64,000 bases of DNA. Source: an uncultured Candidatus Saccharimonadales bacterium. Its GTDB lineage: Bacteria > Patescibacteriota > Saccharimonadia > UBA4664. Shown piece by piece: positions 49,080 through 56,696 of the stretch. The position numbers and the translations under genes are program-made. The stretch is taken from positions 682 to 64,681 of the forward strand of contig CAYXSN010000007.1 in NCBI GenBank assembly GCA_964467655.1. Reading direction: 5' to 3'. Each line of letters starts with the position of its first letter. The first letter of the stretch is position 1. A model generated the notes under the pieces. It was not told where the DNA came from and ran no database searches. It saw nothing but the letters and a program-made list of their open reading frames with translations.

Positions 49080-49730
49080 GTGACGCAAATATTTATCTTT
49101 GGCGCGAGTACGGCTTATGGTTCAGGTGCAGAACTAGCGGGGTGGGGTGATTTGCTGAAGCAGTCAATGCTCACAAAAATGTATGGCAAGGACGGCCCCG
49201 GCGAGAAATGCGAGGTCTACAACTTTGCCCAACACGGAGCAACCATTGAGTTTGTGCTTGTAGCCGCTCCCGAGCAGCTCAAATATTATCGGAAGTCCGG
49301 AAAAGTTGTCGCAGTAGTTCAGGTCGGTGGGAACAATATTAAAGCCAAGGGTACGCCTGACGGCTTTGTTGTCTCGCTTGAGGAATATGAGAACCTGATG
49401 TCGCAGCTCATTGAGCGGCTGCGTGTAGGTGTGGATGAACTTGTTATGCTTGATGCCCTAATGCCCGTTGACGAGAGCAAGACCAACCCAGAAATTGATA
49501 AGACCACCGGCCGTAAGTCGTATTTCACGAACGATAGGATATTTCTGTTCAATCACGCACTCGGTAAACTTTGTCGAAAGTATAAGGTACATCATATTGA
49601 CCTCACGACTGACCCAAAGGAATGGGTAAAAGACCGTGTTTCTGCGGATGGCCTGCATCCTAATCAAGCTGGCCATCGCTACATCTTCGATAAAGTGTCT
49701 CCCCAGATCGAAAAGTTACTAGAAAGCTAG
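49080..49730 (+). CDS. SGNH/GDSL hydrolase
   Basis: FGASTAYG, GGNN, DGLHPN. Confidence 0.85.
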   Translation: MTQIFIFGASTAYGSGAELAGWGDLLKQSMLTKMYGKDGPGEKCEVYNFAQHGATIEFVLVAAPEQLKYYRKSGKVVAVVQVGGNNIKAKGTPDGFVVSLEEYENLMSQLIERLRVGVDELVMLDALMPVDESKTNPEIDKTTGRKSYFTNDRIFLFNHALGKLCRKYKVHHIDLTTDPKEWVKDRVSADGLHPNQAGHRYIFDKVSPQIEKLLES

Positions 49731-49927
49731 TGCTTATTCTCGCTAAGCTCTTGCTGTAATTGCTCAAGAAGCTCGGGGTTGTTATGCGCCATACTGTGCA
49801 CGCCTGCGCGTAAATCTTCCAGCATAGCGATGGCGTTCTCTCGGGTTGCTTTTTCTGGTTCGTGAGTCTTTAGATAATGCATAACGCTTTCAATATCCTG
49901 CTCGCTGATTTCGTACGTGTCGCTCAT
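49727..49927 (-). CDS. Small hypothetical protein
   Basis: AAGGAGAGG RBS; follows PLD gene. Confidence 0.65.
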   Translation of the reverse strand: MSDTYEISEQDIESVMHYLKTHEPEKATRENAIAMLEDLRAGVHSMAHNNPELLEQLQQELSENKH

Positions 49928-49936
49928 GACCTCTCC

Positions 49937-50422
49937 TTATACTATGTGCTTGTAAAGTTTCGTAAATTGGATCATCTGTTGTGCGAGTGCCTTCGATTCG
50001 ACCCGGCGCATGATCTCGCAGCTATCGTTTTGCGAAAGGATATTGAGGCTCCCTTCAAACAAAATCTTCCTATCCAGTATAGCCAGCTTGCGATGATGTC
50101 CGCCAGTATAAAGAACCGTTGCGCCGAGATCAAACAGATTACCTAGCGTTTCGTACGCTTCGCCGCGCATATACTCATCTTCGTGCTCGTCGGGGTGCTT
50201 GGTGTTGACGACGATTTTGACACCGCGTGCCCGCAATTTACGCAAAGTTGGCATAAGCCTGGCTAGCCGACGTGAAGTGACGAACGGACTTTCGATTATG
50301 ACCTCTTTAGTGCAGCGCTCCAGATCGCGGATAAACCTCGGGTAGAAGGTATCTTGGTCAAGCAGGCTGGATGTAGGCAGCTCGGTAGGGGACGGGGCGG
50401 CAAAGTTAAAAGGCCTAAGCAT
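49937..50422 (-). CDS. Phospholipase D-like (single HKD) protein
   Basis: IESPFV, HRKLAILD, GSLN; ATG overlaps stop of tail ORF A1. Confidence 0.85.
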   Translation of the reverse strand: MLRPFNFAAPSPTELPTSSLLDQDTFYPRFIRDLERCTKEVIIESPFVTSRRLARLMPTLRKLRARGVKIVVNTKHPDEHEDEYMRGEAYETLGNLFDLGATVLYTGGHHRKLAILDRKILFEGSLNILSQNDSCEIMRRVESKALAQQMIQFTKLYKHIV

Positions 50423-50642
50423 CGCTCGCCTCCATGTCATTCAAATAAACAACTTCACCATTGATGAAAGCCAGCCCGAACCGTTCAAGTTTTGAGTGTA
50501 TCAACCGTAACTCAGCCTCAAAGTGGTTCCACCTACAATCCATTAGGCGCACCATTTTAGAGTTACAGATAGAAAAGCGTTCCAGATCGGGCGCTTTTTT
50601 ATATTGAGACCGCATCGTAATCTGTTGCATTGGTTAGAGTCC
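50415..50642. repeat. att-like site 1 (ICE right end): tail A1 + core + terminator arm
   Basis: GGTTCCACCTACAATCC..CGCACCAT-TTTAGAGTTACAGAT-hairpin-GGTTAGAGTCC; minus strand 50555-50415 MVRLMDCRWNHFEAELRLIHSKLERFGLAFINGEVVYLNDMEASDA. Confidence 0.9.
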
Positions 50643-50682
50643 TTTATGGCTGAAAATCTCACTGGTTGATATACTTGTATTC

Positions 50683-51375
50683 ATGTTTAGATCTGTCGCC
50701 TTTTTTGATATCGACAACACCATGTATGACGGGTTTTCTTACTTTGCACTTTTAGAAAGGCAGGTTAGTGAGGGCCTAATAAAGCAGGAGACACTTACCG
50801 CTGCACTGGCGAGTATGCAAAAATATAAGGCCAAGACCCAGGATTATGAAACGACAATCGTTGAGATGCTCGATATTTATGCCGCAGGCTTAAAAGGCGC
50901 CGAACATACTACTGTCCTCGAATCAACGAGGCAGTTTTACGAAAAATCGGACAAATTCTTCGCCTATGTTAGCCCAACCATTAAAGAGCTAAAAGGCTCA
51001 CATGATATCGCCCTCGTGACTGGCGAACCCCAGTTTGTCGCCGAGGCGGTGAAGGATCTCTTCGGTGCGAACTCGTATCATTCTACTGAATATGAGGTTA
51101 TTGACGGGGTATTCACGGGCCGTATTAAGTCCTACCTTGCCTCGCGTCACGAAAAGCACGATGCCATCAAGCATCTCATGCAAGGTCATAGCGTCAAAAA
51201 TTCTTTTGCGTTTGGAGATTCTGAGGGAGATATAGAAATGCTGCGAGCAGTGGAATATCCTATATGTCTCAATGCCACTGACGGCTTACGTGCAATTGCC
51301 ACCGAGCAGGGCTGGAATATGCCCGACATTGACGCGGTGACCAAACTTGTCGCAAGTCTTACTAAGGCGGCCTAA
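50683..51375 (+). CDS. HAD-IB family phosphatase (cassette 1)
   Basis: FFDIDNT, LVTG, FGDSEGD. Confidence 0.9.
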   Translation: MFRSVAFFDIDNTMYDGFSYFALLERQVSEGLIKQETLTAALASMQKYKAKTQDYETTIVEMLDIYAAGLKGAEHTTVLESTRQFYEKSDKFFAYVSPTIKELKGSHDIALVTGEPQFVAEAVKDLFGANSYHSTEYEVIDGVFTGRIKSYLASRHEKHDAIKHLMQGHSVKNSFAFGDSEGDIEMLRAVEYPICLNATDGLRAIATEQGWNMPDIDAVTKLVASLTKAA

Positions 51376-51600
51376 AACTCATTGTCGTACTCTTGACCTG
51401 AGTCGAGTACAATCCGACCGCCGATATTTATTAAGCCAAATAGGACCAATTTTTCATACATCAGGATGCTTATCTCGATGTGGTTCCACCTATAATCCAG
51501 TTGCCGCACCATTTTCAGAATTACAGATAGGAAGGCGTTCCAGGTCGGGCGCTTTTTTATATTGAGACCGCATCGTAATCTGTTGCATCGGTTAGAGTCC
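51372..51600. repeat. att-like site 2: tail A2 + core + terminator arm
   Basis: Right arm nearly identical to site 1; minus strand 51512-51372 MVRQLDYRWNHIEISILMYEKLVLFGLINIGGRIVLDSGQEYDNEF. Confidence 0.9.
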
Positions 51601-51652
51601 TTTCTGTTTGATGGCCAAGCTCGTTGTGTAACTCTTATGATAAAATGTCAGT

Positions 51653-52300
51653 ATGCAGCTCGCGCGACGCTTTAGAAATTTGAGTAATCGCTATCCATTC
51701 GCTGGGCCACTTATGTGGCTGCTGACGTTTCAGTTCTTCATTGCGGAGATTGTGACTGCGAACAGTTGGGCCAAGTTGCCCTACAGTTATCGATTGAACG
51801 CCATTAGCGATCTGGGCGCAGTTGGATGCGGTCTATTCGATGACGACCGTTTCGTGTGCTCGCCACTTCATGGAATTATGAATGGCTCGTTGATCCTACT
51901 GGGCATCACGATGGCCGTAGGATCGGTGCTCCTGTACACACGCTTACAAAAGAGTAAGGTTGGGTTTAGCCTGATGACATTAGCAGGCATTGGCGCATTC
52001 TTGGTTGGAATATTCCCCGAGGACACGGTCTTTTGGGTGCACATCGTAGGTCAAGACCTGGCGTTCGTATTCGGGAACGTTGCTTTGATAGTTTTTGGTT
52101 TTACACTGCCGGCACCGCGCGTATTTCGTTGGTATAGCATTACATCGGGAACAGTAGCACTCGTAGCACTCGTATTATTTTTATCGCATCATCGCCTCTT
52201 CTTGGAACTTGGCGGTATGGAGCGAACCGTAGCCTATCCGCTCCTCCTTTGGCTGATAGTAGCGGGTGGATATTTTGCAACAAGACGAGTTCGTAACTGA
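51653..52300 (+). CDS. DUF998-like membrane protein (cassette 2)
   Basis: YSYRLNAISDLG, GIFPED, H, GGMER. Confidence 0.8.
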   Translation: MQLARRFRNLSNRYPFAGPLMWLLTFQFFIAEIVTANSWAKLPYSYRLNAISDLGAVGCGLFDDDRFVCSPLHGIMNGSLILLGITMAVGSVLLYTRLQKSKVGFSLMTLAGIGAFLVGIFPEDTVFWVHIVGQDLAFVFGNVALIVFGFTLPAPRVFRWYSITSGTVALVALVLFLSHHRLFLELGGMERTVAYPLLLWLIVAGGYFATRRVRN

Positions 52301-52304
52301 ATAC

Positions 52305-52488
52305 CTAAGCATCGCCTTCCTCAACTTCGCAAAGATAAACGACCTCTCCACTCATGAAAACTAGCCCTAATTGTTCAAGCTTTGACTGTATCAACCGCAG
52401 GCCAGACTCTAGGTGGTTCCACCTATAATCCACTTGCTGCACCATAAACGAAATCACCGTTTTTAATGAACCCGTTATAGGGTTCATT
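52305..52488. repeat. att-like site 3: tail A3 + core + hairpin
   Basis: Minus strand 52445-52305 MVQQVDYRWNHLESGLRLIQSKLEQLGLVFMSGEVVYLCEVEEGDA; AATGAACCC-N6-GGGTTCATT. Confidence 0.9.
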
Positions 52489-52579
52489 TAGTTTATAAGA
52501 CACTTTTGAAACAGGTTTCTTCTACTCTCAGCAAGACGGTAGTTACCTGTATAATGAGGGTAACCTATGGGGTACCTTC

Positions 52580-53317
52580 TTGAAAAACAATAGCTACTAC
52601 AAAGTCACGCAACTTGACACCGATTTGTGGGCTTTTGAAGATGTAAAAAGTAGCGAGGACTCAATAAGCTATCTTTTGTGTGGCAAAAACAAAGCATTAG
52701 TGTTTGATACGGGGCTTGGCTTAAGCCCCGTATTGCCGCTAATTAAAGAAATAACTGAATTACCGCTCATAGCTTGTCTGTCACACTGGCACTTTGACCA
52801 TTCAGGAGGGGCACATGAGTTTGATGAGGTGATTGGCTGGCATTCACAACAGATGAAAAATACTAGTGAGAACGGCGTTAGCTTAGATGTCATTAAAGCT
52901 AACGTTAGCACTACCTTTTGGAAAAGTATTGGAAGAGGTAATTATCAAACAAAAGGTTTCCCACTTCAGATGATTAGCCAGGAACAAACACTAGACTTAG
53001 GAGGTTTTGAACTTAAAGTTTTACATACGCCTGGCCATACTTCTGACTCTATTTGTCTATATGAAGGACAGAAGAAGTGGTTATTCGCAGGTGATAGCGC
53101 ATACCCTGGTCCAATATATTTGCATTTTGCTGATTCTGATACTAATACGTACCAGGATTCTTTAACAAAGCTTGCGAAGCTTGATGTCGAAAGTATTTTC
53201 CCAGGCCATAACTCTCTGAAAACATCAAAAGACTTGCTGGTTGAGTTAGATAAAATGCTAACTAACCCCTCCTACAAGTCACAACTTTTCCCTGAACTGA
53301 GTATTCGAAAGTCTTAG
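52580..53317 (+). CDS. Metallo-beta-lactamase-fold hydrolase (cassette 3)
   Basis: FDTG, SHWHFDHSG, PGHT, FAGD, PGH. Confidence 0.9.
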   Translation: MKNNSYYKVTQLDTDLWAFEDVKSSEDSISYLLCGKNKALVFDTGLGLSPVLPLIKEITELPLIACLSHWHFDHSGGAHEFDEVIGWHSQQMKNTSENGVSLDVIKANVSTTFWKSIGRGNYQTKGFPLQMISQEQTLDLGGFELKVLHTPGHTSDSICLYEGQKKWLFAGDSAYPGPIYLHFADSDTNTYQDSLTKLAKLDVESIFPGHNSLKTSKDLLVELDKMLTNPSYKSQLFPELSIRKS

Positions 53318-53364
53318 ATCACCTGGATGGGGCTTTATTTTTGATCTAGTGTGAGTCCCGTCCC

Positions 53365-53560
53365 TTACCTACTAAGTAAATAATTCCGATAAGGGACTTT
53401 CAGTATTTTCCTCCAACGGGCTATTTCATCCCTGATGGGGTGTAAACTTTTTTGGAGCTGCTGTACCAGTTTAGTTTTACAGATAAGTGGATGTTCCAGA
53501 TGAGGCGTCTATTCACGTTGAGCTCGACATATAATCTGCTACCTTGGTTAGGCCCTTTCT
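53365..53560. repeat. att-like site 4: tail B1 + GTACCAG core + diverged arm
   Basis: Right arm TTTAGTTTTACAGAT..GTTCCAGAT..TAATCTG..TGGTTAG; minus strand 53469-53365 LVQQLQKSLHPIRDEIARWRKILKVPYRNYLLSR. Confidence 0.8.
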
Positions 53561-53583
53561 GTGCGCCGAGCTGCGATTTTAGC

Positions 53584-53612
53584 TTGACATAGTAAGTACA
53601 CGTAAGTACAAT
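53584..53612 (+). promoter_or_regulatory. Toxin-antitoxin promoter with operator repeats
   Basis: TTGACA-N17-TACAAT; GTAAGTACA direct repeat at 53592 and 53602. Confidence 0.75.
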
Positions 53613-53619
53613 TAAAGTT

Positions 53620-53871
53620 ATGGTACGAGCAATAGTCACGAAATCAGGGAATTCATATGCGCTTCGAGTGCCGAAGCGATATATTGACGACAATAAACTA
53701 CGGCTAGGCGATGTGGTAACTCTTGAGGAGCCACTTACGCTGCAGAGGAATGCTCTGGAAGCGCTCGTGAGGCAGGGGAAAACACACGGAGCGATTAGCG
53801 GAATTGCTGACCCGGTGAAATGGCAACGCCAGCAGCGGCAATCAAGCGACCCCTGGGAAGAACTAAAGTGA
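53620..53871 (+). CDS. AbrB/MazE-like antitoxin (cassette 4)
   Basis: KSGNSYALRVPK...LRLGDVV. Confidence 0.8.
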   Translation: MVRAIVTKSGNSYALRVPKRYIDDNKLRLGDVVTLEEPLTLQRNALEALVRQGKTHGAISGIADPVKWQRQQRQSSDPWEELK

Positions 53872-54239
53872 TTTTGCTAGATAGCAATATAGTAATCTAT
53901 CTCCGTGACCCGCAATGGGGGGAGAAGATTTTCAATCAAATTGATGGAGAAAGACTAGCAACCTGTAACGTAATAATTTCAGAAGTCCTGGGCTTTAAGG
54001 GGCTACCAAAAGCTGACGCTGATCATTTCGAGCGCTTTTTTGTAACCATGAAAAACTTTCAGTTTGATGAGGCGGTTACAAAGATGGTGATAGAGCTTAG
54101 GAGAAGGTATGTAATCCAATTGCCCGATGCAATTATTGCAGCTTCAGCTCTAGTAAACGATCTCACACTTTATACTCATAATGCAGAAGATTTCGAAAAG
54201 ATTTCAGATCTGCTACTCTTTGATCCGCTTGCACCATAG
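53868..54239 (+). CDS. PIN-domain VapC-like toxin (cassette 4)
   Basis: LLDSNIVI, SE, LPDAIIAASA, THNAEDF; GTGA overlap with antitoxin. Confidence 0.88.
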   Translation: MILLDSNIVIYLRDPQWGEKIFNQIDGERLATCNVIISEVLGFKGLPKADADHFERFFVTMKNFQFDEAVTKMVIELRRRYVIQLPDAIIAASALVNDLTLYTHNAEDFEKISDLLLFDPLAP

Positions 54240-54244
54240 AGACT

Positions 54245-54426
54245 CTACTTGAGGCAGCCGAACGGGTACTCGACATACACGTGACTACCATTTATACAGG
54301 CGATCCCGAATCGCTCAAGCTTAGAGTGTACTAGCCGTAATCCAACCTCAAGGAGGTTCCACCTATAATCCACTTGCTGCACCATTCTGAAATAACAGGT
54401 ATGACACATCGAATAATGTGTCTTTT
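54245..54426. repeat. att-like site 5: tail A4 + core + terminator
   Basis: Minus strand 54385-54245 MVQQVDYRWNLLEVGLRLVHSKLERFGIACINGSHVYVEYPFGCLK; GACACAT-N6-ATGTGTC-TTTT. Confidence 0.9.
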
Positions 54427-54538
54427 GTTTCTCGAGACTACTACATCTACCTCTGTACCGCTGAGTGTAAGTCTCATTTGCTTAAAATGCTCTGCGTACG
54501 CTACGATTAAGTTGAATTATTCATAATCGCGCGCGGGG

Positions 54539-55249
54539 ATGCCTATGAGAAAGACCGATCAGGCAGGCTTCAGCATCATTGAAGCATTACTTATCTTAGT
54601 GGTTGTTGGCATCTTAGGTTTCACAGGTTGGTCTGTATACCATTCTCGAACGGTTACTAACAAAGATTACAGTTCATCAGCTTATACGCAGACCACGTCG
54701 CCTGATCTATATAAGGGTTGGAAATCCGCTAGCCTTAAGTATGAAAAAATGAGTTTTAAATACCCAAACACATGGCAAATCAGCGACACCTCTCAAGATG
54801 AGGTAGGGACGGGCGGTACTGCAACGCCAGGCGCTGATGACGTTACGCTGACAAGCCCTACTGGTCTTTACGTGAGCATTATGTCGGGCCAGGCAGGCGT
54901 TGACACCAACGGCTCGCTGATAGGCTTATCAACCTCGCGACCCATCAACACGCTTGGTGGTAGTTATTTCCTCGTTTATTACACACATAAGGCTCAGAGT
55001 ACTACCGAAGCACGGGGGGCTTGCATTAATAAGACTGCAAGCTCTACGGGTGGCCCGTCGATAGCCAGTAAAAATATCCAACTGGCAGGCATAGCAAGCG
55101 GTGCTGCTATATCTGCAGCTAATCTAATTTGTATTGGCTACCCAGCGCCAAACAGCACATCCCCCGTGCCAGTGAAGCCTGTGTCGGCGTTTGAGCAGGA
55201 CGCGTCATACAACGACGCCAAACTCATTCTTGAGTCACTTACGTATTAG
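54539..55249 (+). CDS. Type IV pilin-like protein (cassette 5)
   Basis: QAG|FSIIEALLILVVVGILG prepilin cleavage motif. Confidence 0.8.
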   Translation: MPMRKTDQAGFSIIEALLILVVVGILGFTGWSVYHSRTVTNKDYSSSAYTQTTSPDLYKGWKSASLKYEKMSFKYPNTWQISDTSQDEVGTGGTATPGADDVTLTSPTGLYVSIMSGQAGVDTNGSLIGLSTSRPINTLGGSYFLVYYTHKAQSTTEARGACINKTASSTGGPSIASKNIQLAGIASGAAISAANLICIGYPAPNSTSPVPVKPVSAFEQDASYNDAKLILESLTY

Positions 55250-55279
55250 TTTAGATAGTATAAATGTAACTCCCTACAC

Positions 55280-55465
55280 TTACTTAGAAGCTAAATGCTC
55301 TCGATAGGGCTCATCCAATATTTCTCTCCATCGAGCCAGTTCAACAGTAATAGAATGTAAACATTTTCCCACTTGCAGCACCAGGAATAATCTACAGATA
55401 AGAAAGCGCACCAGAACGGGCGCTTTTTGGTTCTGTACTGTAATCTGTTGCAGTGGTTAGGGTGC
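55280..55465. repeat. att-like site 6: tail B2 + GCACCAG core + terminator arm
   Basis: Minus strand 55384-55280 LVLQVGKCLHSITVELARWREILDEPYREHLASK; arm TACAGAT..AAAGCG..CGCTTTTT..TAATCTGTTGCAGTGGTTAG. Confidence 0.8.
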
Positions 55466-55469
55466 TTAC

Positions 55470-55610
55470 CGGATCTTAAATCGTAAGTAAAGCCTAGTTT
55501 GTCGAGTTTTGCGTACATACGCATCAGACTTGCCACAAACTGATTCCACCTAAGATCCACCTCGCGCACCATTATATTGTTCGTAACCTTCAACCGGTTG
55601 CATTGGTCAG
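55470..55610. repeat. att-like site 7: truncated tail A5 + core
   Basis: TTCCACCTAAGATCCACCTCGCGCACCAT; minus strand MVREVDLRWNQFVASLMRMYAKLDKLGF; arm retains GTTGCATTGGT. Confidence 0.8.
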
Positions 55611-55672
55611 CGCCCCTTGCGCGCGCAAAACTCACCACACAGAAAGCCAAAGTATCTTGGTAAACTAGTTGT

Positions 55673-56446
55673 ATGAGACAAAACGATAGCAAGCAGCGGG
55701 GCGCCATAACGAGTGTGCTCTACTATTTCTGCACATTACTTGTCATAATGATCCCGTTTTGGGTATTGGGATCAGTTACACGTATTCACGGCCTGCCATT
55801 CAACATGCAATTGAATGTGTTGTTGGTACTCGTTATGCCGGTAGTTGCGCTCTACTTTATTGCCCGTACGTATGGTACATCGTCACTCAGACGGGTTGCC
55901 ATCGATTGTCTGCCGGGCCATCGCGCCAGTAATCTTGCGCTAGCGATTGCGTTTCTGACGGTGCCAGCTGTGGCAATGCTTGTGTTCTCTGCGGCTCATT
56001 TCTTTGTGGCGTTTGACGGCTGGCCGGTCGCATTCGTACTGGTACCGGCATATTTCATCGTTTACTACTTTGCTGCAGCGTTCGAAGAGATAGGTTGGAC
56101 TTGGTACGCTACGCCGATCTTGGGCAGGAAAATGAGCGTTGTTGGTACGGGCGTCACCGTCGGTGTAGTCTGGGCTGCTCTGCATACATTGCCATGGTAT
56201 CAGCAGAACGGCTGGTGGTTTATGACTGGGATGATCATCTTTTCCGTACTAAGCCGCATTATCATGACCTGGGTATATCTGTGTAACGGCAGACTGCTTT
56301 GGTTAAGCATCGCTTATCACGCTATGATCAATACGACATTCACACTGTTTCACCCAGGTAGCCCGTATGCTAATCCGTTCTTGTATGCAATAGCTCTTAC
56401 GCCATTGGTAATTTGGATCTTGTATCGTGCTAATTCCCATGATTAA
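55673..56446 (+). CDS. CPBP (CAAX/Abi) intramembrane metalloprotease (cassette 7)
   Basis: EEIGW, WAALH, YHAMIN. Confidence 0.88.
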   Translation: MRQNDSKQRGAITSVLYYFCTLLVIMIPFWVLGSVTRIHGLPFNMQLNVLLVLVMPVVALYFIARTYGTSSLRRVAIDCLPGHRASNLALAIAFLTVPAVAMLVFSAAHFFVAFDGWPVAFVLVPAYFIVYYFAAAFEEIGWTWYATPILGRKMSVVGTGVTVGVVWAALHTLPWYQQNGWWFMTGMIIFSVLSRIIMTWVYLCNGRLLWLSIAYHAMINTTFTLFHPGSPYANPFLYAIALTPLVIWILYRANSHD

Positions 56447-56567
56447 GATGGAAAATCTCCACGTTACGAATACCAGCCCAAGCAGATTGCCTCATATGGT
56501 GTCGGTCCGAACTGACGGCACGATCATTACGCTACCAAGTAACAGGATGCAATCACGAATCGATTGA

Positions 56568-56604
56568 GCTGCACCAAAAGTCCCACCCAGATATCCTGGG
56601 TGGG
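56568..56604. other. Probable terminal attR and original tRNA terminator
   Basis: GCTGCACCA followed by CCCACCCAG-N5-CTGGGTGGG; host-like genes resume afterwards. Confidence 0.55.
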
Positions 56605-56696
56605 GCAGTTCATTGGGCGCCACCTCAGGCAAGGATCGGGGTGGCGCAGCTTGAGATCGCGCTTGTGCTTATATAGTCTAGCGCTACAATAACAGT

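Larger units (their letters stand above)
26716..50555. mobile_element. ICE-like element integrated at tRNA-Gly 3' end
   Basis: Bounded by CGCACCAT at 26716-26723 and 50548-50555; carries serine recombinase, Replic_Relax protein, T4SS genes, RadC/JAB, XRE regulator. Confidence 0.85.
50548..56576. mobile_element. Tandem array of seven att-flanked cassettes (integron-like)
   Basis: Related sites with GYACCA core at 50549, 51506, 52439, 53463, 54379, 55378, 55566, 56571; spacings 957, 933, 1024, 916, 999, 188, 1005 bp. Confidence 0.8.

Noticed and set aside
52580-53317. Beta-lactam resistance gene
   Set aside because: MBL fold only, with no signal peptide; substrate cannot be inferred from the sequence.
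55407-55414. Extra core-like CGCACCAG
   Set aside because: Lies in the terminator stem, aligns with CGTTCCAG of other arms and has no left arm.
55291-55707. 138-aa minus-strand ORF as a real gene
   Set aside because: It is a read-through of tail A5 into non-coding arms and overlaps the CPBP gene start.
50415-56604. CRISPR array
   Set aside because: Repeats are about 1 kb apart, separated by whole genes and divergent; no cas genes seen.
50415-56604. Classical integron with attC sites
   Set aside because: No tyrosine recombinase in the window. The GTTAG motif fits GTTRRRY only at 53547 and I found no paired RYYYAAC. Cores match the tRNA end instead.
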